Shown here one piece after another: positions 1 to 11,500 of a DNA stretch of 64,000 nucleotides. The stretch is from Phallusia mammillata. Taxonomy: Eukaryota. A program made the translations under genes and the position numbers. The stretch spans positions 22,940,001-23,004,000 of the forward strand of contig OZ281496.1 in NCBI GenBank assembly GCA_965637545.1, read 5' to 3'. The notes under the pieces are model-generated. The model saw nothing but the letters and a program-made list of their open reading frames with translations, was not told the origin of the DNA and did no database searches. The first letter of the stretch is position 1, and every line of letters begins with the position of its first letter.

Positions 1-247
1 GACTCGCATAACGCAATAATATGTTTTATGACCTTTTTAACAAACTAAAACTGACAAAACGAAGTTGCTTGCTTGTATTTGCATTTGCAACAAACATACA
101 TTTTGTTTTTCTCGTGTTTTTTCACTTTGATTTGTAGTGTTAAATCCGGACCATGTCGGTTCGGATATTTTGATTTTTGTGTTTTCATCTTTATGCTCAT
201 AAATAAAGCTTATAAATTTTACTCCATTATTATTTTTTTAATAACAG

Positions 248-3200
248 GACAGAAAGGTTTATTGTTACAAGTACTGGTAGAAAACTGTCGGATTGGCTCT
301 CATCGAAAAGTACCGGTCCATATCACTTCACAGTAAACGGAAAATTGTGGCCTACCTATGATATGACTACAGGCCAACAAAAACGATTCAGGTAACCTAT
401 GTTAAACAGAAGCAAGTGTTTTTTTTACAAATAATAAAGCACACTAAGTCGAGATTTCCAATTATTTCGTAAGGATGAAACATCAATTTCATAAACCTAT
501 TAGGTCTGCCGAGCCCAACCAAATTTTCAAATCCTAGAATTTTGAGAAAAATAAATGTACACTTTGCAGTTTTTAAAACTTTTTAACTGTTATCTGCATT
601 CTCAGACCGCGTGACCATTAGGTACCTAGGTGGTAAACGATCTCCAGTTTGGAAGCCACTTGTATAAAGCAGCCTATAGGCTCTAAATACTTTACAAAGG
701 CTAAATTTATTTCCAATTTTTTTTCGTAGAATGGTTAACGCTGGTGCAAACGCTGTTCTAGAAATGACCATTACAGGACCAAATGCCGCACCTTTGAATG
801 GTGGCTGTCAGTTTCTTGAAATTGCTGTAGACGGTGTTTATTTGGATATGGCTGTTTCACCGAAAAACAAAAAATCCTACATGGTCCCGGCAACGAGAAT
901 AGACTGGTTGGTGGTTTGTGACAAGGCTGGAATATACGAGGTGGGTTTTTTGAAAAAAAAACTCTATTAACAACCATACTTCAACCGGCAAAGGCTGTTT
1001 AAGAAAATAAATGTTGGCTTTAATAATAGGCTTTAGAGAAGTAGTTCTGTACGGTAAACGCTTGAGTAAGTTCTTAAGTGAGCAAGCCTAGAAGTGAACT
1101 TAAAAAAACGTATTATGGTATGTTTAAACATGTGTCCGTTTATTTCCCAATGAAAAGATGCCATCTAAAGCTTCAATCTGTTATATCCGTTTCAGTAACT
1201 CCCCCGTGAAACCTTATTTCTTATGTTAAAAGAAAATCGTGTCTTTTAGGTGCGATCCTTGAACGATCCTCTAGCGTCGGTGGACTCCTTAGGAAACGCC
1301 GAACGCTTCAACGATACATTATTTCTTTTAAATGTTACTGGTCTTGCGACAAGCACCACCTTAATGACAAACCTTCCAAAACGACCTTCATTCGTCGGTG
1401 ATTTCAGAAGTTTGACTCAAGACCAAGTTCATGGCAGACATGTGATTGAAGTGGACCCGAAAAGCACGTTAAACCGACAGAAATTCCTGGGTCAAGGTCA
1501 TCCCAGGTGAGTAAAAGGGTCATTGCGATGTAAAAAAATGCGGTGATAAACATAATTTATTCCTATATTCACCTTGTGTGCGAAGACTATACCTACACAA
1601 CTCAAGTGAATTTGGCTCGCTTTACACAAAAGTCTCTTTTTCTATGCAGGTTTACGTGCGAAGTTAACACAGTCCAAGAATGGTATATCACCAATACAAA
1701 CGATGAATCGTACCATCCCATTCACATCCACATTAATCATTTCCAGGTAAAAAGATCAACGATAGCTGTACAAATTGCATATTTTTTACCACTCCCGAAG
1801 AGGGCATTGGACTTGAACTTGCTGTTTTTCCAGGACAAGTACAAGTCCAATTTCGTTAAGTTTAGTTTTTCGTTAGATCTGATCTGTTGCAAATGTTTTA
1901 GTTCAGTAAAAGATAACAAAGTCTCAGAACTAATTTGTAAATTTGGTCCAAAGTTTGTCGGACTTTAGCTTGTGCAATGAAAAAACGTTGGAAAGCACAC
2001 TGCCCTACTCCAAACCCAACACTTAATTTTTGAAATACCAATCGACGTGAACAAATAACAACGCGTATTTGATGCTATATTTCTCAACATCAAGGTCATA
2101 TCCTATAACAAATACACTGGACCATTTGCGAAGCATAGAAACAATAAACTGACTCTCTACGCTCAAGACGGATCCCGTTGTCACTACCAACCACCAGGAT
2201 ATCTATGTAAGCACTGAAATGTTTAACAAATTTACTTTAACCAAATAAATCTCCTATTGCCACAGCGAGTGATAACGTTGCGTCCGTACCCAACCCGCCT
2301 CTAAGCATGCTCGGCCATGAAAATCGATGGCTCAATGAAACTCTTCCGGGGACAACGGCTTATTCACGACCTGGGGTGTTTCGTGATACAATCCACGTTC
2401 CACCAATGTCCAACATAACCGTAAATATATATTTCTCTTCTTTATTGTAAAAAAACAAAACAAAGTAACATATGTTTAGAAATACAACAGATAAATTTAC
2501 TGTTAACCATATTAAAGGGTGACAAAATATGAATATGACAATAAGACAAAGCTAAGTAAGAATCAGGCTATATACTCCTAAAGGCGACAAATAGTTTAAT
2601 TTTTAGAGATGCGTGTATTGTCGCCATAAAACCCAATAACGTTTTATAATCTAACATATTTGTTTGTACAATTTTATAATTTTTAAAACATTCAATTCCA
2701 AAACGCGAATGCACGGTTTGCAACATAAACGTCATTTTGTTCATTTTCATTGGTTTGCAGATTCGTTTTATGGCACATAAGTACACAGGAAAGGGAGTTG
2801 TTCACTGTCATATTCTTAAGCACGAAGATAAAGGCATGATGTACACGTTCGACATCGTCGATAAACGTACGTTTAGAAAATCCAAATGCTTTTCACTTTG
2901 TTAATTTTATCAATTGAGTTTGTGTCGCGCAGTAAATATTAAAGATATTGTATTTTTTTAATAATATATTTTTATGGGTCAATAACATTTTAATAATTGG
3001 CATATTGGGTCCAAAGAACTTTGTATATGTGCTCTGTTAAATGAACAGCAAGATAAACAATAGTTTTTTGTTTGCAGTAAGCAGCACTGCCATGACTCAC
3101 GTCAAATCAGGAAACGGCTACCCTTCGCAATGCAAACTATGTGACCCTTACCCGTTTAACCAAGTGGTGACCAATTGTCCTCCTGGACAAACTAGCCCAC

Positions 3201-3912
3201 CTCCAGTCGGTGGACAGACTAACCCACCTCCAGTTGGTGCTGGTGGTAGTGGTCCTATTGCGCCGAGTCAACCTGCTTCAAACCCCACAAGCACAACTCA
3301 TAGTCCCGGCAATCAAAATACAGTTGGAAGCAAAGGCGGTTCAGGGTCTCAAGCTACAAATGTTGGCGCTACCGCAGGCCCAAACCAAGGAGGCCAAACT
3401 ACCACAACTGGTGGGGTCGAAAAGGCTTCAGCGAACAAGTAAGTGAACAAACAACGGAAAGCAAATCCTAAGCACGTTGTAAGGAGTTTATGGTAATGGA
3501 AGCATAGTAACAGCAGACTATTGTTATAGCTAACAGAAAATATAATATCGACATCAGGTAAGCTAGGTCATTCACAATACCGTATAACCTTCTGTGAAAC
3601 ATCAGATATTGACTGAATTTAGTCACTAAAATGCAAGAAATTAAATTTAGTCAATACGGCAGTGCAACCAATTTAACGCTGTTTCCAACCGTTTGAAACT
3701 GTATAAACCATTCTGACATTGTGTTATGGCAGTCGTTTTAAATTTATAATAATAATGTAGCCAAAGTCCTGTGTAGCTTATAGCAATTGCAAAAAAACGA
3801 TTCACGTATATTGTTGTTCTTTTTCCTGACAAGTCATGTGTTGTTATTACGTTTCAGATGGAGTTTCATGGTTGCCATAGTAACAGCCTTTATTGCACGT
3901 ATATTCGCCTGA
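248..3912 (+). CDS. Multicopper oxidase (three-domain laccase/CueO-like), paralogue A; 5' part lies upstream of the window; C-terminal Ser/Thr/Pro/Gly stalk and hydrophobic GPI-signal-like tail
   Basis: Exons with GT-AG ends and consistent phase: 248-391, 730-940, 1250-1506, 1650-1746 (HPIHIHINHFQ), 2095-2206, 2266-2420 (FRDTIHVPP), 2761-2866 (HCHILKHEDKGMM, T1/T3 copper site with axial Met), 3078-3438 (Cys motif + stalk), 3858-3912 (K-WSFMVAIVTAFIARIFA*). Five exon lengths (211, 257, 97, 112, 106 nt) are identical to paralogue B. The last exon is less certain than the catalytic exons. Confidence 0.92.
3185..3238 (+). repeat. 27-bp coding tandem repeat (GQT[S/N]PPPVG x2) in the MCO-A stalk
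   Basis: GGACAAACTAGCCCACCTCCAGTCGGT followed directly by GGACAGACTAACCCACCTCCAGTTGGT. Confidence 0.9.
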
Positions 3913-4253
3913 AGGTTGATTTCCTATCAAGGACAGAACAAACACCAAGATCGACGTTCTATTTCGCCACAGTTCAACATTTTTAAAGCACTGTTTAAAT
4001 TTAAAGTTCTCGCTTAAATTTTTGTAGACACGTTCGTTCAAGAAATTATAGCACCAATATTGTCGTACTACATATGTACCTTATCATTTAGCTTCACTGT
4101 ATAGATTTTCCATTATTTAACTGATGATTCTGTATATATTACATTAAAACACCTAAAAACGCCATCTCGTGGGCATGGGTATCACATTGCGCTGTTACAC
4201 AACACTTTTTTCTTCTTTGCGGTGGGTATCGGTTATTTTAGGACAAGGTGATT

Positions 4254-4310
4254 GTAACAACAGTGACTCAGCACAGCAACAGTGACTCAGTATAGCAACG
4301 GTGATTTAGC
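4254..4310. repeat. Short degenerate tandem repeat, ~21-bp unit, about 2.7 copies
   Basis: AACAACAGTGACTCAG / AGCAACAGTGACTCAG / AGCAACGGTGATTTAG in succession, between the two MCO genes. Confidence 0.75.
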
Positions 4311-5508
4311 GTTTGGGTTATTAGGTTACAAAAAATGTCTCATGATCTACAACTGTTTATGACTGTTGCTAAAGCTGTTTATAAAACACAATAATATATT
4401 GCTCAGTACGTCTCAATATTATCGTATAGTTCGTGGCACTAACGTGCTGGTTACAATAAAAGTAGGCAAAATTGAAATCAAATTTCCATGACAAGTTTTC
4501 GACAAAATCGTTAGTCGTTTGCATCTGCACTAAATGTTTAATGATGTTAAGTGAGAAACATAGCTTCCCCAAGAAGCAACATGCTTTATTGTTCAACCTT
4601 TCGGAAAATGCTAATTCCATCATCAATCTAATGCTGTATACATTAAATTTTTAGCAACAAAAGTCAAAAATTACATGTAAAAGGCAACTGTGCAATGGTT
4701 TGGTTAGTTAACCATTGTAAAGAATACTAACGAAGAGATTGAATACGGAATGCATCTGCTTATCTGTGCACTTCATCAACTCACTTTTGTTGCATTTTTA
4801 TGTGCATGATATTTTGTGTTAACTCCACCGTACGGGAAGGTTTTTAGTGTTTTTTTTTTAGTTTCATGTTGTTCAGTTGAGCGCATCAGGCGTTTTTTGA
4901 TGCAAAGGCGCCTTCAGCTTTTTTAGCCGACATTGTAACAAATTGCGATCGGTTGGTCGTCACTCGTTGAGGCAGAGAGGGGCCTATACATACTAAAAAA
5001 AACGTTGGCAAGGCGTGCCGACGTTATTGATATGGTTGACAGAGTGGACTATTCATGCCCGGCGAAAAGCTGAGAAATGAAAGGACTGATTATGCTCGCT
5101 TGGTATCGCATGGTTAATGCTACTTCGTCACTGTCTCCACGAAGCTCGAACAAAAGACTTCAGCAACCTGCTGTAGCAACGCTACATCTGTTTGCATACT
5201 TAAGTTACAGGGAAGACGCTGGTGTCACTGTGCTAAAGGTGAGGCTGCGCATAGCACACTGAGTCATCCATAGTGCTAGTGTTGCTACTAGACCGGTTTC
5301 ATTTTTAAAGGCATTTGCAAAGTGTGTTGGTCTTTATTAGTTAAAGATGTGACTGTTGTACTTCAGGTTATTAAATTTTAAGCTGGGGCATTTTGCATTT
5401 TTGTTATGATATGAAAAGCGGCAATGAATTTTTTGTACAGTTATCGGAACAAACTAGTCCATATATACTAAGCATCTGTAAGAACGGGATCAAGTGTAAC
5501 CTTAAAAT

Positions 5509-8500
5509 ATGATGTTGGTTGTGTTTGTGGTTGCTGTGTTGGTCACTGAAGGAATGAGTCAATCATGTTCCCATACCAGTCCCTGTGCATTCACTGGTAA
5601 GTGATAAAAACGTATTCTACGAAATAAACATTTCCAAGTGTAAACTAACTAACTAACTAACATTAGCAACAGACATCTAGAATTTAGATTAAATGTTTGA
5701 AATATCACTTGCGGTCTACTTGCAGGTGGGGATCCGTTCGTTGCTCCGCCAGAACAAGTGTCGGTGAGCGGAGTACTAAATTACGAATTGACGGTTGATA
5801 TTGCTGACATTACCATTGAGTGGTTGACAACTAAACGACGAGCATGGAATGGTCAACTTGGAGGACCAGTGTTGAGAATGAGAAAAGGAGATCAAGTGAA
5901 CATAAATCTGGTACGACTTGCACGAATAATAATTGCAAGGTTATTTTTTAGCCGAGACATGGCTCGAAATTGACTAAGTCGGTGTAGCTGCAGCGCGTTT
6001 TGGTATCATTCACCAATTGTGCCCTTTACTTTTTTGCGCTCAATAACGTTGTAACGTTGCGCAGCTATTGTTTTTAGTGCTATTGTGTCGCTATGTTTTC
6101 TTTCACCAAGCGAAATAAATCCACTTAACTCAACTCAAGTCACCCAAACCTAGTAAATCTTGAGAGTAAAAATAGCCTATATGAAAGCATTATTTCGATT
6201 AACACGTTTTCCCAGATTTTAACCTTCAACAGCAGGCTATACAAAAACCTTGATATTTTTCTGCGACAAAGGTAAACAATGTGCTGTAACATGACTACAA
6301 TCATTGTTGTACATGCAAACTCTTTAATTGAAAAGGAGCCAACTCTAAAGCGACGGTCTGTTTAACTGTACTGACACACGACAAGTAACAAAATCTTAAA
6401 ACATTTTATCGCAGGTAAACAATCTTATGTTGCCACACAAATTACTTGATGTCAACGACCAACGCCTTCCCAATAGCACCAACCTTCACACCCATGGCCT
6501 TCACATTTCCAGTCAAGTAAGTTTTGATAACTCTATGTAAAGTATTTAGAACTGTACAAAAAAGCAAAAAAACTGTACCGTTAAGACATGTAACTGTCTT
6601 TGCAGTAGGTACTTTTAGAAACTAACATTACCACTATAACACAATCAATTTCGATACACATATTTCCATTAAGTTCAATAACTTAGAAAATGATAATTTA
6701 ATCCCTTGGTTTTTTAATAAATAAAAGCAATAAAAGCTTATTACAACATGTGCCTTCCACTAAGACAAAATTGGAGGTCAAATGGAACAGTCACCTCAAA
6801 CGCCACAGTGTTATTCGTTACATAAACGCTATAGGACAAAGTACATTCATACAAGTAATACAATACGATGCACCCCCAACAAGATTGGTGCAAATCGCAA
6901 CAGTTTTTAAAACCAGACTCGATGCCCCTGTAATTACTTTCATGCTATTTATAAAGCTTATGTCGGAAATGGTGCAATTATTTAACCTTAATTAGTTTTT
7001 TGGACACAACGCGTTTTGGTTTCGATTACTTATGCATCGCAAAAACTAATTAGCCCCCCAGAAAAGTGTGCAATTACTGCCCGAAGAAATGCAAACCCAG
7101 TACAGCGGTATTTTCATATAGATTCATGTTAATTCATTGTTTACTTGATGCATTTAAAGGAAAAACAGTTATTACGGAGTGCTTACTTTATTTTCTTTAT
7201 CTTTTTGTGTTCACATTCTAAACAAAATTTCACAAAACAAAACAAATAGATAGGGTCAGCTCTTTAAAACAGCCAATTGTGGTTCCAGCTGAACCCTTTT
7301 TGTTTCAAGCTTATTTACCCGTATGTTACCTGTCTTATTATTATACTTGGGCGCTGAAACAAATAAAATTTATAGATCGATTGATTGCGTAAAAAGAAAT
7401 ATTTTACATGTAAAATTCAACCAAAAAAAGTATTTATACTTCTGTATAGTCAAAACATTTTACAAATGATTCTACCAGAAACAACTTTCTCGATTGACAC
7501 GTTTGTATTGCAGGAGCCACAGGACAACGTATTTGTGCATTTAGAGCCAGGAGAAACATACATGTATCGGTACCAAATCGATGCTGAAAATGAACCGGGA
7601 ACTTTATGGTACCATCCCCATTTGCACGGCTCCACCCTCTTCCAGGTTAGCCCTAGTATTCTGACTTAATGCCGTTGCAATAAATTTTTAAGTCAAACAC
7701 CGATGTGCCGAGACATAATGTAAAATACTGTTCTTCGGTAGTGTGTTTCTGCTTTTTCAGGCGACGTTATTTAGTTGTAGTGTAAAATCAAGGCGGCATG
7801 TGTTACCACTGTTTTTGGTTCTGTTGCAATAACGGACTGCCAGTACCCAAATTAAACTTGTATTTATAAAGATATAAAAAAACGATAAAAGCAGCGCAGA
7901 TATATACAAGCAGTCGCGACAGACCCACCGCTGAACACCAACTCCAACTGCGAACTTCTCAACCGCGTGGGGCCACGTCTCCTCGGCAATTCGTTACAGC
8001 GAAACGACATAGAAATATATTATGACGTCATATGATGATGACAAAATAAAAACATGCATAAATGATTATATTGGATACAGCTGTGAATACACTTGTTAAC
8101 CGCGTGTTACTTGTTTGACTTTGACAATTTCAAAAAAATAGTCATGAGAAATTTTGCAAAGATTTCACTATTTTCCAATCAACATTTGTCAAAACTGACT
8201 GATGTATTCTGACAAAGGTGCATGGTGGAATGGCGGGAATGATTGTGGTTGAAGACCCAGCAGACTCAACAACTCCAGCTCACATACAAGCTGTGTCGTG
8301 TCCGAACAACTGCGATAAGGAAGTTCGACTTCTTTTCCAGCCGGTTCTCCAATACAGTCAGCGGGGACCCAGAGCGTTTGCCACAATCCAAGATGATATT
8401 CAAGACAATGCCCTATTTCGGTAAGTGCCTGAAATACTTGCTAAACCTAGCATATCGGGTTCGTACATAATGCGTAATATTATTGACATATGCTGTATGT

Positions 8501-11500
8501 TTGTATACATAGCTACCTAGCGAGACCTGGGAGGTTGTAAAGTATATGTATTACAACAATGATTTCTGTATTTAACACTAATCAAATTTTAAAATTAGCC
8601 ATAAAAGTTCGGTAGCTATGGTGGGTTTGCATGAAATAGGTCGTTTACGTATATTTTTAAACTTATTAACCCTCAAAAAGTTAAATGGTTCCAAAAGTCT
8701 GAAACCAAACAACATAATTCAAACAACTTGCATCACTTGCAGGCACAACAGTGAAATTCTTGACGCCGGAGGAAACTTGGAAGATTGGCTTACAGCTAAT
8801 GTCAATCATTTCACAACGAACGGTCAATTGTGGCCAGTACTTACCATACCCGCTGGGGAAGTCAGGAGATTTCGGTATTTGTTTGCTTATATTCACGTAT
8901 TTTTTTAATGCTTTAAAGTTTAAGCACACAAACAAGACTAACATAAACACCATCCTAAAATTAATCCGCACTGCAAGGACCGAAAACAGCTTCCACGGAA
9001 AAATCCTTTCATTTTTCTCTATGATGCCTAGGCTATTTTTCTGCTTGTTACAATGTTTTGGTTGTTGCTGCTGTTTTAAGCTGTTTTTTTATTCATGTCC
9101 TGAAATTTTCATGTTCCTTTATTTTTTTATTAACATGTCCCTTTATCCTGCTATCTAATAGTTTAAACTTTAAAGCTCACCATGGCTCTGAACTTTTTGG
9201 GTTAAACGCAAAATATGAGAAGTAAAAATGCATTTTAGTATGGTGAACGCCGGCGGTGGTGCCTTTCTCGAGTTGCACATAGCAGATAACAGCGACCAAC
9301 CAACAACTGGTTGTACTGTGAAGCAAATCTCTTTGGATGGTGTTTATTTTGATTCGGCAGTGGAACTTGGTGCCGGCGGGAGAACTTTCCTTGTGCCGTC
9401 TGGTAAAGCTGACTGGCTAGTGGTGTGCAACACTCCAGGGACATATCACGTAAGTTTGAATGTTTAAATACTTATATGAGAACTCATATTAAACGAAGTC
9501 TTCTCAGTACTGATAGGTGGCACAAAGAGCACAAAAATTCTGCAAAAATGCTTGTTAGGGCAATATAGGTAGGGGTGAGGTTGCACAATAAAATTCTTAC
9601 TAATGTTCTTAACCCTATCCCTGTCCAAATGCTAATTTAAATTACTGCGATGTTTTACATCAACTATCGGTATTTAGCAATATTGAAAATTTCCACTTAT
9701 TCGGTGAAAAGAAAGTAAACTTACATAGAGAAAAAAAGTTTAATTTAGGAAAATACACAAACACACGAAAAATAATTTAAAATGCCCCATGTCAATTCAA
9801 CGTCCTTCAAAAATGAAGACAAGAAATGAGAAATTTTGCCGAAAGGAACCCTGGCGGCCTATAATGCGACCTTCTATAGGTTTCAAGATTTTGTAACATT
9901 GTTGAAGCAACCATGAAACATTTTTTTCAGCTGAGGTCAACCCCAGACAATGCTGACGAAATGTCGACTGGAAACATCGAGCACTATAACGCTCGTCTTC
10001 TAACACTTACAGTAACAGGTTCAACCACCACGACAACAACTATTGCGGATAATCTGCCAGCGAAAGCCACATTCAACAGAGATTTCTCGACTCTGTCCGA
10101 TGATGAGGTGTTTGGACGTTTTGTGATAGAAGCCAGCCCTGGAACGCGCCTGAACAGGGAAAGATTTTCTTCCAACACCGACTACAGGTAAATGCTTTGT
10201 CGACAAACATATATATTATTTTGTTTTTGTTTGGTAACTACAGTAAATAACCTAATCAAAATATATTCTGTTTGATAAATCTTTCTGTGAAGAACTCAAG
10301 TCACAATCTTGTATTTTAGGGACCATTAGTTTCCGTAAAAAGCAAAAATTTCAATGCTTGATTAGAAAAGTGTTTAAAATACAATAAAATTGATCTGTTT
10401 CTGATCTTTAAATCAACCATCTGGTAACTGTTCAGCCCCAACACAGACATTGACGCCGCCTCCTGTCGCCTCCGGCATTACAAACAAAACTCGTTGTCGG
10501 GTGCTTTGCAGTTAAAAAAAATAAATTGTAAATAACTTTTAAAGATTTAAAATGGAGGCAGAAACGGTCCAGGAACTTTACTTTGTCAACAGCGACTCCC
10601 AAGACGGCCATCCAATACATATACACATCAACCATTTTCAGGTACATCGCAGTTAACCGAAACAACTGTTAGCTGCGTTTAAGGCTACCGTTATTGTGGT
10701 TAAATAACTACTTTATCCTAAGTGATATAAATTTAGCCCTTTAAAGAGTTAATATTTAGAAATGCTAAATAGAAAATAGTTGAATGAACAATCATTAACG
10801 ATAATCTCAAACATTTTAAAACTTGATTTTCTACAGATTATTAGCTACAACCCTTACACTGGACCAATCGCTGTGAATAATCGCCAAAGCTATGTGTTCT
10901 TTAATCAAGCAGGAGACCGCTGTTTTCGACAACATTCGACGTATGATGGTAGGTCTTTTATTTTTACCTTCAGTTTTACCATGCCTACAAATTATGTTAT
11001 TTTTAAATTACAGCCTACCACCATTCAAATAATTACATTAAAAAAACATTATGTTTGTAAATGTTAGATTTTTTAGACATATACATTTTGCTTAAAAACA
11101 GTAGGCCTATTAGCATATAAATCAACCTGATCTGCTTAATTCAAATTTGTTGCTACATGGTTCTTTAGGTCCTTATCTTCCAAACATGGTTAAACTTTAA
11201 ATAGAATCTACTCGTAAATCATTTTGTTAATTAAATACATAAGTTTAGGTAGCAATACTCGCAATTAAAACAAAAAGCGGGAATCACCCAGTCCGTTGCT
11301 GGGTGGATGAAGACTAATGAGCCTTATTGCAATGGATGAAAGTTCAGAAAAAAACAACACTTAGTCGTTCATCCTAATTACATATGTGCATAAGTTTGGG
11401 TAGCTTACAATTACATATGTGCTACTTCAGCCGTAAAAATATGCTAAGCTGTTATATCTAATTTCAGGTTAAATGTTTGGAAAATAAAATGTGTTTGAAA

